DNA of 64,000 nt from an uncultured delta proteobacterium (GTDB lineage: Bacteria; Desulfobacterota; RBG-13-43-22), in NCBI GenBank assembly GCA_963790475.1, contig CAWBOS010000006.1, positions 672,001-736,000 on the forward strand. The letters run 5' to 3'. Numbering within the stretch: the stretch's first letter is position 1; every line of letters begins with the position of its first letter. A model generated the notes under the pieces. That model did not search any database. It was not told the DNA's origin and saw only the letters and a program-made list of their open reading frames with translations. This document shows positions 17,367 through 27,148 of this stretch, piece after piece. A program made the position numbers and the translations under genes.

Positions 17367-18475
17367 ATGGCTGAGACAAGATCTTATTTCCCGGGGCGGG
17401 GCACCTGTAAAAAAATCGAACCAAAGGAGGCTGGATTCGATCCTGATCACTTACAATTGGCGGTCACTTATGCTATTGAATCCGAAATTAAATGGCCCCA
17501 TGACATGAATGTAATCATAGGTGCCATCGATCGTCCTCCCCACAATATACCCCTCGGACCGGTAAAGGAGCGCGGCCAGGCAACAGGATTGATTGTAAAG
17601 AATGGTTACCTGGTAGCATCCTGGGGGGATCCTGAACGGGCTGACATGACCTTCAGCGCAACCAAAAGCTTTATTTCCATCCTGATAGGGCTGGCCGTGG
17701 ATAGAGGTTTGATCAAAAGTGTCGATGATTGGGTGATCGATTATGTCCGGCATGATTCATTTGATACCACCCAAAACAGAAAGATAACCTGGAAGCATCT
17801 CCTGCAGCAAACCAGCGAGTGGGAGGGAGAATTGTTCGGTATTCCGGATACGGTTGATCATAATCGATCAGTGCAAGGCGGGGCTGATACGACTGTAAAA
17901 AAGGGAGACAAGCGGGCGCTGCTTACACCGGGAAGCTATTGGGAATACAATGACGTGCGTGTAAACGCTCTGGCTTTGGCCGCCCTTTACGTTTTCAAGG
18001 AGCCCCTGCCTCGGGTGCTGGCACGAGAAATTATGCAGCCTGTCGGAGCCTCCGATACCTGGGAATGGCATGCCTATAAAAATGCAGAAGTTACCATCGA
18101 GGGGAAGAAGATGTATTCGGTACCGGGGGGCGCTCATTGGGGAGGGGGCTTTTCATCAGCACGTTAGATCTTGCCCGAACAGGATATCTAATGCTCCGCC
18201 GTGGAAACTGAAACGGGCAGCAGTTGATTTCCGAAGACTGGATCGATCAGTCCTTGACTGCCGGTCAACTGAATCCTGGATATGGATATATGTGGTGGCT
18301 GAACATCGAGAACCGGATGTTCGGAAGTGCCTCGGATAAAGCTTTTGCCGCCGTGGGAGCTGGCGGGAATGTTGTCTTTATGGACCCAAAATATGACCTG
18401 GTTATCGTTACCCGGTGGACACAGAATCATGGGAATGTCATAGATCGGATTGTCCGTTCGCTTAACAACAGCTAA
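17367..18475 (+). pseudogene. serine hydrolase (beta-lactamase class C-like) pseudogene
   Basis: FSATKS, WEYND and GYGYMWW motifs; frameshift near 18150 and in-frame TGA at 18209-18211. Confidence 0.85.
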
Positions 18476-19089
18476 GTTGGAATAGTTTAAACTTACTCTG
18501 CCCTTCCCTCTATAGGTCTTCTGCGGCCTTCGCCTCCCTCCCAGGGGAAAAGAGGCCGTGGAAAACCTGGCCCGCTCAAGTGTGCCTGGGAATAATCATT
18601 TATTTGCCCAAAGTGGGACAAAATTTGTTCGATTATAGCAATTTAATACTATCTTTCCCGCTCGATCTTGATCTTCCATAATTTCTTATTAACCGTAACC
18701 TGCCAAACTAATTATTATTTCTCATTCAAATCCTTTGAAGGTCTGGTAATTGCAGTTATGCAAACCGAATCTAAGCAGTAAGTTTGGCCTTTCGGCTTTT
18801 TACCAGAGAAAAGAATTTCTGTGAGACATTTCAGGCATGAGGTTTTGAAAGCAGTTGATGGGTCGAGGTGGCTGAAATAACTGTTCCCGGAGTCGACTTA
18901 TTGAAAATTTTTGGTTGAGAAGAGAAAATGCAAACCGGCAATCATAGTTGCAGGAGCCGGCAAAAACAGAGGTCGCTACTTGATGATAAAGTCTATGAAA
19001 CTGTAGTCATAAAGAAAGAAGACCTAAAGCCCATCTCAAATTGAAGAGATGTCCTGGCCAGACAATAACAACTTAAAGGAAGAGTCCCT

Positions 19090-20376
19090 ATGAAAAAGAA
19101 TAAGAGATCATTTCTAAAATGTTTTGCGCTCATTTTGTTCATTTTTTTATCTTCAGCCGTTTTCGCTTCCGACAATCCTCTTAAGGTAAACCCAAATCCC
19201 TGCCGACAGCAGCCCAACCAACATTGCGGAAAAGATTGTATTAATAAAATTCAAGAAATGGTGGACACCTTTAGAAAAGAATCGGACATCCCGGGGATGC
19301 AGCTCAGTTTGAATTTCTTTAAACAACCCCTGCAAGTCTATTGCAGCGGCAGCACCACCATGGAAGGCCAGGACCCGATCACCCCAAAAACCAAATTCAC
19401 CATCGCCAGCACAACCAAGTCCTATACGGCCGCCATAGTACTGCAATTGGTACAGGAAGGTAAATTGAGTCTCGGTGATAAGTTGGGAAAATGGTTTGGC
19501 AGCGGGCCCAAAGGTGAATATCCCCAATGGAGTGAAAACACCGTTTTCCAATTATTGCACATGACCAGCAATATCGGCGATTATTTCGATGGTGACAATG
19601 GCCGATTTCAAAAAGTCTATGAAAGCGATCCCACCCATAATTGGTCATTAAAGGAGCTATGCGATTATGTTTACAACGGCAACACCCTTTGTAAGCGTGT
19701 GGATGCGAACTCTCGATTCTGCGCTGAAAAACCCGGAGAAGGTTGGATGTACTCCAACACCAATTACCTTTTGTTGGAAAGGATCATTGAAAAGGTTACT
19801 CAAAAGTCCTTGAAAGATCTGATCTATTCCCGCATATTTAAGCCGCTTAAACTATCGGATAGTGTATTTCTTCCGGATGAAAACCCGGCCACCATCAAAA
19901 ATATTTCCCATGCCTACAACAACGATCCTAAAGGTCTTTTCTACCTCAAAGACGTCATTCACTTCAGTCTATCGGCGGCCCGGGGGGCAGGAGCGGTGGT
20001 CTGTACCACCGGTGATTTGGCCAAGTGGATAGAGAGTCTGTTCGGCGGAAAAATGTTTAACGAGAAATACATGAAAAAATATATGAAAGAAGTAGTATGC
20101 GTGAAGGACAGTGAGGAGTGCAAGGCCGGGGAGATAGCGCCAGATGAAAGCAAAACACCGGCCTATGGTTATGGGATGATGAGGTTGTATGATGAGAAGA
20201 CAAAAAACACTATTTGGTTTCATCCCGGAGGATCGGAGGGGATGGGAACATTGTTTATGTATGATCCGAAGAACAATTTTACCTTAAGCTATTCGATGAA
20301 TAAGACCCCGCTCGCCAATGCCAGAAATTTTCAATCTGAAGTATATGCCTACATCGTAAGCCAACTTAAAAAATAG
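19090..20376 (+). CDS. secreted serine hydrolase / D-Ala-D-Ala carboxypeptidase-like protein
   Basis: Signal peptide; IASTTKS (SxxK), YSNTNY and HPGG motifs. Confidence 0.9.
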   Translation: MKKNKRSFLKCFALILFIFLSSAVFASDNPLKVNPNPCRQQPNQHCGKDCINKIQEMVDTFRKESDIPGMQLSLNFFKQPLQVYCSGSTTMEGQDPITPKTKFTIASTTKSYTAAIVLQLVQEGKLSLGDKLGKWFGSGPKGEYPQWSENTVFQLLHMTSNIGDYFDGDNGRFQKVYESDPTHNWSLKELCDYVYNGNTLCKRVDANSRFCAEKPGEGWMYSNTNYLLLERIIEKVTQKSLKDLIYSRIFKPLKLSDSVFLPDENPATIKNISHAYNNDPKGLFYLKDVIHFSLSAARGAGAVVCTTGDLAKWIESLFGGKMFNEKYMKKYMKEVVCVKDSEECKAGEIAPDESKTPAYGYGMMRLYDEKTKNTIWFHPGGSEGMGTLFMYDPKNNFTLSYSMNKTPLANARNFQSEVYAYIVSQLKK

Positions 20377-20479
20377 TGCTCCTGCCCCGTCGGAATGTAT
20401 GAGCTTCAGCAGACCAATGCTACCCAAAATCTTTTCGGTATATGGCTGGAAAGGAGTGATCGGTCCGATGGGACTTTGC

Positions 20480-20660
20480 GGGTTCCTTCCCTACTGGGCG
20501 GCTCTCTTGGTCATGCTGGCGACCGCTCATTCATCCTGCAAAAGGCTGGGGGATTACAGCGGATCTTCAGCTATATCGCCTTCGCGCCAATGCGGGGCGT
20601 GGCGGTTTTCATCGCTATCAACAAATTCGAATTCGCTGCCGCTGCGGCCCTGGCTGAAGG
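20480..20660 (+). pseudogene. C-terminal remnant of an AmpH-like peptidase
   Basis: ILQKAGGLQRIFSYIAFAPMRGVAVFIAINKF; no N-terminus. Confidence 0.6.
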
Positions 20661-20920
20661 CTCGTTTCCTCAGGTCTTTGCTTTCTCATTGACCCTGTCT
20701 CTTTCTCGTTTTATACTGCCTTCTAAGAAAGCAAGTCTTATCAAAAATTGGGTAAAGATTGCAGGAGAATGAATTTATGGGCGGGGAGTAGTTGGGTTTT
20801 TACGAACAGAAAGATAAAAGAAGTAGGATTTGACGTAGTTTATCACGTAGCCGATTACGTTCCCTCCGGGGTGGAAGCAATCAATAAGAATTTCGCCACT
20901 AAAATTAGTATTAGGAGGGC

Positions 20921-21271
20921 TTGATGAATAACTGGGCCGATAATATAGAGATGACCGTAATGCATTGCGATACCGAAGGCAGGGTTACTTACATGAACAA
21001 GAAGTGTGGAGAGATGTTCGAAAAGTTTGGTGGCCTGGAGCTCATGGGCAAGGACATCTTCGACTGTCACCCCGAGCGAGCAAAGGCAAAGCTTAAGGAG
21101 ATCATGGACAGGAGGGTTTCACACTCTTATTCGATAGAAAGGGATGGACGGAAAACCATGCTCCACTCATTTCCGCTGTTAAACGATAAGGGCGCATATA
21201 TAGGTTTTGGGGAAATAACTTACGACATCCCTTATGATATGCCGCATTTTGTAAGAGATAAGAAGCGCTAA
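20921..21271 (+). CDS. stand-alone PAS-domain protein
   Basis: CDTEGRVTYMN...LMGKDIFDCHP...YSIERDGRK motif; AGGAGG RBS. Confidence 0.85.
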   Translation: MMNNWADNIEMTVMHCDTEGRVTYMNKKCGEMFEKFGGLELMGKDIFDCHPERAKAKLKEIMDRRVSHSYSIERDGRKTMLHSFPLLNDKGAYIGFGEITYDIPYDMPHFVRDKKR

Positions 21272-21317
21272 AAAAGTAAGTTATAGTTGCCGGCGCTCGT
21301 TTCTGACTTTACTGGTT

Positions 21318-21372
21318 TGTGAAAGTCAGGATTTGACTATGCGGACATTGTCAAATTTAATGGTCACTTCCT
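21318..21372 (+). repeat. 55-bp direct repeat, copy 2
   Basis: Three mismatches versus 12925-12979. Confidence 0.9.
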
Positions 21373-21604
21373 ATAATCCTCTTGGGCTTCTTTCAGGCTC
21401 CAAAGGGAGAAAGGTGGATGGAGCAGGATGGTGTCAAAAGTACAAAGTCCTTCCACACAGAATAATTTTTTGGTGTTCATAATCGAATTATATAAATTAT
21501 GCTGTCTAAGTTCCATAATTAGTAGGAATATCATAGCTGAAAAAATGATTTATGATGAATGTTAAGGTTTGGAGCATGAATAACATTCTTGTCGAGATGG
21601 GACA

Positions 21605-22801
21605 TCATATTTTCCGGATGTCTTCGGAGGCAATGCCACTCATTAGTGCCAATACCAGAGCAACTATGCTGAAGGAGGCGATCGTATGTGGCGTACCAAT
21701 TAGATGGCTGGCAACAATCCCCATGGCCAGGCTACCAAAAGGACTCAACCCCATCACCAGGGAGTAGAAGGCTAGCACTCTCCCCCGGTACTCGTCGTCG
21801 ACATGGAGCTGCAACAGCGTCTGATTAAACGAGGAGAAAATAACCAGCGCCATGCCGCCCAGAATAAGAAGGAACAGAGAAAGTACGTAGATGCGCGAGA
21901 ATGAGAAGGCCAAGATCATCGTCATGTAAATAGCCAATGCGATACTGGCAATCGCCCCTTTCTTGGGCCTTCTGGAGAAGTAGGCCACCAGGAGAGCGCT
22001 TATCACCGATCCGATCCCGACGCCGGTCTGCAGCCAGCCGTATCCCAGGGCGCCGACGTGCAGATAGTTCTTGGCCATAAGTGGCATGAGTTGTAGGTAA
22101 GGGAAGACAAGCACCGTCGGGATTAGCTGCAGGATAATTAGACGTAATAGCACGCGATGACGAAATAGATAACTTGCTGCTGCACGAGTGCTGGCGAGCA
22201 TTGATTCGCTCATCGACGGAGCTGCCTGAGTCAGCCGCATAGAGATCAGACTCAGAGTCGCGATGGTGAAGAAGATTGCTTCCCCGAAGAACGCCGCGGA
22301 AATGCTGAAGCCGATTATGAAACCGGCCAGCCCCGGCCCGACAGTCCGGGCCGCATTATTGGCCATTGAGTTCAAGGCAATCGCGTTGGACAATTGGTCA
22401 TTGGGCACCGAGTCATAAACCAGATATTGCCGTACCGGATTATAGATGCTGCCCGACAATCCACCAATCGACGATGCTACATAAATCTGCCACATTTCCA
22501 CCCCGTGGAAAACCAGTAGCAGAGCAATTGCCAATGCCGAAAGCCCGTTTACCATCGACGCGACGCCGGCGAGCACCCTCCGGTCGATGCGATCAGAGAG
22601 CCACCCGACAAACAGGGAAAACGACACGTAGGTTACCCCGCGGATGAACTGTACCAGACCGAGCTGGAACGCCGAGTTCGTAAGCTGCGCGACCAGCCAG
22701 CCCTGCCCGATTTGCTCCATCCACATCGCAAAGCTCGCGGCAGCAGTGCCGCTCAGCAGAAAGCGAAAATTATGGCTGCGGAGTGAACTGAACGTCCCCA
22801 T
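21605..22801 (-). CDS. MFS transporter (EntS/DHA3-like)
   Basis: FSSLRSHNFR, GWLSDRIDRR, NAIALNS and YRGRVLAFY motifs; start uncertain (ORF is open to 22879). Confidence 0.85.
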   Translation of the reverse strand: MGTFSSLRSHNFRFLLSGTAAASFAMWMEQIGQGWLVAQLTNSAFQLGLVQFIRGVTYVSFSLFVGWLSDRIDRRVLAGVASMVNGLSALAIALLLVFHGVEMWQIYVASSIGGLSGSIYNPVRQYLVYDSVPNDQLSNAIALNSMANNAARTVGPGLAGFIIGFSISAAFFGEAIFFTIATLSLISMRLTQAAPSMSESMLASTRAAASYLFRHRVLLRLIILQLIPTVLVFPYLQLMPLMAKNYLHVGALGYGWLQTGVGIGSVISALLVAYFSRRPKKGAIASIALAIYMTMILAFSFSRIYVLSLFLLILGGMALVIFSSFNQTLLQLHVDDEYRGRVLAFYSLVMGLSPFGSLAMGIVASHLIGTPHTIASFSIVALVLALMSGIASEDIRKI

Positions 22802-22922
22802 CAAAAGCCCCGAAGGCCTTGAAGAATAGGGAACCCTAACGGATTTTGATTTTGTTCTGGGAAAATATTTCTTAATCAAATGACTAAAGACCTCCTCTAT
22901 CGAACTAAGAATTGTACCCTTT

Positions 22923-23010
22923 CTTGGTGGCTATGGCGAAGAGACCAAACCCGTTTCTATTTCGAACACAATACTTAAGCCCTTCTGCGTTGATGCTACT
23001 GCCTCGGCAA
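22923..23010 (+). pseudogene. rrf: degenerate, 3'-truncated 5S rRNA copy
   Basis: CTTGGTGGCTATGGCG...ACCCGTTTCTATTTCGAACAC...TTAAGCCCTTCTGCGTTGATGCTACTGC is colinear with the bacterial 5S consensus; no 3' end and no 23S rRNA nearby. Confidence 0.75.
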
Positions 23011-23331
23011 TCCCCTTGCCTCTATTTTTTCCTTTGATAGTGTCTTTCTCGTCTTATGTTATTTCCATCAAAAAGGAAATAAAAAAAGCCCAAAAAAGTA
23101 ATCAAGGAACCAAGGGGTTATTGACCTAAAGGTTCAAAAAAAATTATTTTCCGTAATCCTTAGAACTATTCAACGGGACGTAGAAATTCCATTTTTTCGA
23201 GATTTGACGGCTGGCCAAAATCCATATCCTTAAACTCCTCTCCTACTGATCCGGTAAAAGCAATTTTAACTTTGTCAGTCTTCAGTCGACTTGGTAAAGA
23301 ATTGAAGTATCTGAACAGGTGATGAGCTGGC

Positions 23332-24672
23332 CTAAGAGGATTTTCTTGTCCCGGTGTATAGTGAAACACCCCGGAGAGACTTCGGCGGTATAGCAAAGAA
23401 AACGGCCACAATAGCCGATAGACTGGCAATCCCAAAGATAGTGAAGGCAATCCCGTAATCCTGAGTAGCGTCAAAAATAAGGCCGGCGATGGTCGGGCCG
23501 AAAGAAGACCCCATTTGGGTGAACAACCCGGAAAAACCGATAATCGTGCCGAAGGAAACCATGCCGAAACAATCGCCGATCAAAAGAGACTGCATCATAA
23601 CGATTCCGCCCATGGTTAGACCGAAGACAAAGGTCCCGATATAAAGAACCACCACCTGGTGGAAGTGGGCCATAAAAAGAACGGCTATTCCCTGGAGTAA
23701 AAAACAAAAAATGGCCACGAACCGCTTATCAAAACGGTCGGCAATCGATCCAAGAAACAGACGACTGACAACACTGGCTCCGGTCGTAACGCTCACCGCC
23801 TTGGCCGCCGCCCCGGCCGTACCCAAGGTTTGGGTCAAGAAAGACACCTGGTGAACGAGAAAGGCGAGCTGGCCGGTCTGGGCCAGCAAAAAACCTATGA
23901 CAATAGCCCAGAAGGCGGTGGTATGCATCGCTTCAACCCGTGTCCAGACGCGCATCTGCGGAGCGAAGGAGATTCGTCTGTCCAATATGTCTAAGGATAA
24001 GGGAGGCGGCCGTTGGCCATCGGGAAATTGGCCCACATCCGCCGGATGTTGTTTGATAACAAAAAGGGCTATCGGAATGATCACCAGGCAATAAATACCC
24101 CCCAAGGTGGGTAAGGCCGTCTGGAGACCCCAGTGGGAGATCAGATAGACGGTAAAAGGCACCATGATCATCCCGCCCAAGCTTAGACCACTCATGGTCA
24201 ATCCCATGGCCAATCCCCGCTTGAAGACAAACCAGTTGGCGATCAGAGCGCTAATGGTTAGCGTGGAAGCACAACTCGTTCCAAAAGACAGGAGCAAGTA
24301 GACCGCAAATAATTGCCAGAGTTGGGTAATCCGGCTCAAAAGAAAGAATCCGATTCCGAAAATAATAGAACCCAGGATGAGAAGAGGTTTTGAGCCGAAC
24401 CGATCAACGGCCCGCCCCACCACCATACCCAAGACGCCGGTGGCGGCAAAATACATAGTCAGCGCATATGAGATAATTCCCTTGGACCATCCATAATGGA
24501 CCCGCAGGGGATCCAAAATAGCGCCGTGGCTGTAAAAACCAATGCCGCAGGAAAAAACCAGGGTAATCATACTTCCGGAAACGATCCACCAGCCATAAAA
24601 ACCTCTTCGGGACCTTTCAGGGGATGGAACGACAGACAGCATTGAGGATGAATTCTTATCAGATTCAGACAT
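23332..24672 (-). CDS. MFS transporter (OFA/MCT-like)
   Basis: FYGWWIV, GRAVDRFGSK, WFVFKRGLAMG and GSIADRFDKR motifs. Confidence 0.9.
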   Translation of the reverse strand: MSESDKNSSSMLSVVPSPERSRRGFYGWWIVSGSMITLVFSCGIGFYSHGAILDPLRVHYGWSKGIISYALTMYFAATGVLGMVVGRAVDRFGSKPLLILGSIIFGIGFFLLSRITQLWQLFAVYLLLSFGTSCASTLTISALIANWFVFKRGLAMGLTMSGLSLGGMIMVPFTVYLISHWGLQTALPTLGGIYCLVIIPIALFVIKQHPADVGQFPDGQRPPPLSLDILDRRISFAPQMRVWTRVEAMHTTAFWAIVIGFLLAQTGQLAFLVHQVSFLTQTLGTAGAAAKAVSVTTGASVVSRLFLGSIADRFDKRFVAIFCFLLQGIAVLFMAHFHQVVVLYIGTFVFGLTMGGIVMMQSLLIGDCFGMVSFGTIIGFSGLFTQMGSSFGPTIAGLIFDATQDYGIAFTIFGIASLSAIVAVFFAIPPKSLRGVSLYTGTRKSS

Positions 24673-24715
24673 AACCCAATCAATTACCCACTTTCTGGTA
24701 TCAATCTGGTGAAAT

Positions 24716-25177
24716 TTATGATTTGGTCGTATCCGGGGCACAACTGTTTTTTGTAATAACGAGCACGGGTTGCGATGACTTTTTTATCACTATCTTTGAG
24801 ACAGATCTCCAGAGCAATCGTTTAAAAATATTTTTCCCATAAGAACCGATAATGATCAAAGAGATATTTTCTTTTTGTGTTTCTTCTAATATTTCTTTCC
24901 AAATGATTCCTGTCGCAACTTTTGCTTTAACCTTAAACCCTTGGTCTAACAATTCAAGGGCCACCATTTCCAAATTTCTTTTAGCCTCTTTTATCGATCC
25001 TTCGATAAGTTTTTGTACTAGTTTAGGATCGTCAGCCAGCATATCTAAATATTTGTCTTCAACTGCTGCTAAAACGACTACTTCTTCCGTCCCCGAATTT
25101 CTTAACAGTTTAATATATTCAAGGGCCTTTTTTGCTACCTCGGAAAAATCAGTAAGGAAAAGAATTTTTTTGAACAT
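24716..25177 (-). CDS. universal stress protein
   Basis: MFKKILFLTDFSE...LIIIGSYG...SVSKIVIKKSSQPVLVI. Confidence 0.9.
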   Translation of the reverse strand: MFKKILFLTDFSEVAKKALEYIKLLRNSGTEEVVVLAAVEDKYLDMLADDPKLVQKLIEGSIKEAKRNLEMVALELLDQGFKVKAKVATGIIWKEILEETQKENISLIIIGSYGKNIFKRLLWRSVSKIVIKKSSQPVLVITKNSCAPDTTKS

Positions 25178-25599
25178 CTTTATTACTCCTAAAAGGAGGA
25201 ATATTTAAGAGTAACCCTCATAACTTACATAAAAATGGTTTTGGACTTGCTTCAAGGTATTTTCCCAAACCATAGGACCATGAAGGACGGGCTCCAACCC
25301 ATCCACTTTCCAAAAACAAATCAAACGTCTGTTTTCGTTTGTTCATATTTTGATTAGAATTTTATCATAGAGGTCCAATATAAAGCACAAAGCACCAGAA
25401 AGATCCAGGCGAGCGGAAATAAACTAATAAGAATTAATTTTTTCATGGCCGAATCCTTCATTCTTATCACCTTACTCTTCATGCTTAATGACCAGCTACA
25501 GCTTTGCCGGTTTAAGTTTTGATAAAGAATGTGAAGGGTTTAATATGATTGAATCGATATTTCGGCTTTTTTATGACCATCCTTTTCCAACCCTTCTCT

Positions 25600-26182
25600 C
25601 TAAACGTTCCCTGTTTTATCGGTCATGGTCTTAATGGTAAAATGATCCAAGATGGATCCAGGGGCATTATGGACCATTTTCAGACTTGCTTCTCTGTTGC
25701 AAAAAACCCAATCAATGGCCACGTCTCTATGGATGACCTGCCCACATTCTCTGGCCCATATGGCCCCTGTGCCACATCTCCGGCCCCACATCCCAACCTG
25801 TGAGGCCTGCTCCGGGGTGAGATAACTCCTGGCTTCCAACCGAAAATCGATGGCTTTTATTTTTAATTGGGTGGTCAGACCTATAAGTTCCTTTTGTTTG
25901 TCTATGATTTTGTCTTTGTCCGGCTTAGGGACAATCCACAAGATTTTGAGCTCCAGCCGTTTAACCCTGAGGTCATTGCGTAGAAACACCGTTTCTTTCC
26001 GGAAATTCTCCCTCAAGACCTGGAGCTTGGTTTTTTTGTTCCGGGGTAAGATTCAATAGGGTATGGTGATGAGCCTTAAATCCTTCTCTTGGTCCTCCAT
26101 CTCCTGGGACCATGGCATAAACGCTGCCGGTCATTAAAAGTAAAGCCAACAAAAACACCAAGATTTTAGTTTGACTGATCAA
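25600..26182 (-). pseudogene. Spy/CpxP/ZraP-like periplasmic chaperone, frameshifted
   Basis: Signal peptide, LNLTPEQK and LTPEQ motifs; frameshift in an A7 run (26031-26037) and probably a second near 25780. Confidence 0.75.
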
Positions 26183-26674
26183 TTCTTCTTCCTTCCGTAG
26201 TTTTGTTTTTAATTAAAAGGTTACTTTAGTGGCTTCCTGTGTCTCAAAATCTAAAAACCCTTTAAGATTGGTGAACTTATAGCCTACCCCCTGTTTCTAT
26301 TTTTCTCACCGGGGTCTTTCTTTAAAAGGCCGACCTAATTTATTGGGATTGTTTTTTTAGACAGAAGGAATTTTGTTTAGTTAAAAAAAATTATTGATTT
26401 AAGAATTAGTTAAGTCGTTTCAGAGAAGAGTTAAAAGTTAATTTTAACCTTGTGAGCACCTTCAAACCCAAAGTTTCTTTACCGGGCCAAATTTCGAATT
26501 TTACTTTGAAGCAGGCCTACAAACAAGCCCGAAATAGGCTTGGGTCCTTATCTACTTAGCCGTCCGGGCCGGCATAGGGCGATGAGTTACCTTTTGGACA
26601 ACCCCAAAAAAGAAAACTCCCCGGTCCCTGGCGGTAAAATTTGGTTTTATTATTTAAGACCCTTAATAAAAAAT

Positions 26675-27148
26675 TTATTCCTGGATGGAATTCACCTTAA
26701 AGGCCCAGAGCTTGCTTCCCAGGAAATTACTTATAGTCGTCATAAAAATTGCCGTCAATTGGGCCAGGACCTTGTGCCAATGCCAGAAATCGACCAGGAT
26801 CCACAGGACTACGATATTGATTCCATAACTGATAACAGTAACCGACGCATATCTTAAGTATTGGTCCCCAATCGCCCTCAATCCCTGGCCGTGGGTTTTA
26901 AAAGTCCAGCGTAAATTCAAGATGAAGTTGCCGGTCATGGCCGTCACAAAGGAAATAGTGGCGGCAATCAGGTAATGAACATAAAGCAAATAAATCAAGC
27001 TTGAATAAACAGCGAGATTGGTAAAGACCCCGCTGCTGCCCACCAGGGCGAAGCGGACAAACTGATTTCCGGTACGTCCGCTGGTCTTCACGCTGTTGAT
27101 GATATAAGCCCAACGGAGCTTTTTGGAATAGCCTTTGAACGGATTCAA
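26675..27148 (-). CDS. GtrA-family protein
   Basis: QFVRFALVG, NFILNLRWTF and NFLGSKLWAF motifs. Confidence 0.9.
   Translation of the reverse strand: MNPFKGYSKKLRWAYIINSVKTSGRTGNQFVRFALVGSSGVFTNLAVYSSLIYLLYVHYLIAATISFVTAMTGNFILNLRWTFKTHGQGLRAIGDQYLRYASVTVISYGINIVVLWILVDFWHWHKVLAQLTAIFMTTISNFLGSKLWAFKVNSIQE

Noticed and set aside
18750-19050. Possible c-di-GMP riboswitch or gene upstream of the serine hydrolase
   Set aside because: GCAAACC occurs but the rest of the GEMM motif is missing, and the frames are interrupted and unrecognisable
26480-26640. Hairpin-rich intergenic stretch / ORF 26540-26857
   Set aside because: No recognisable RNA or protein motif, and the ORF overlaps gtrA antisense
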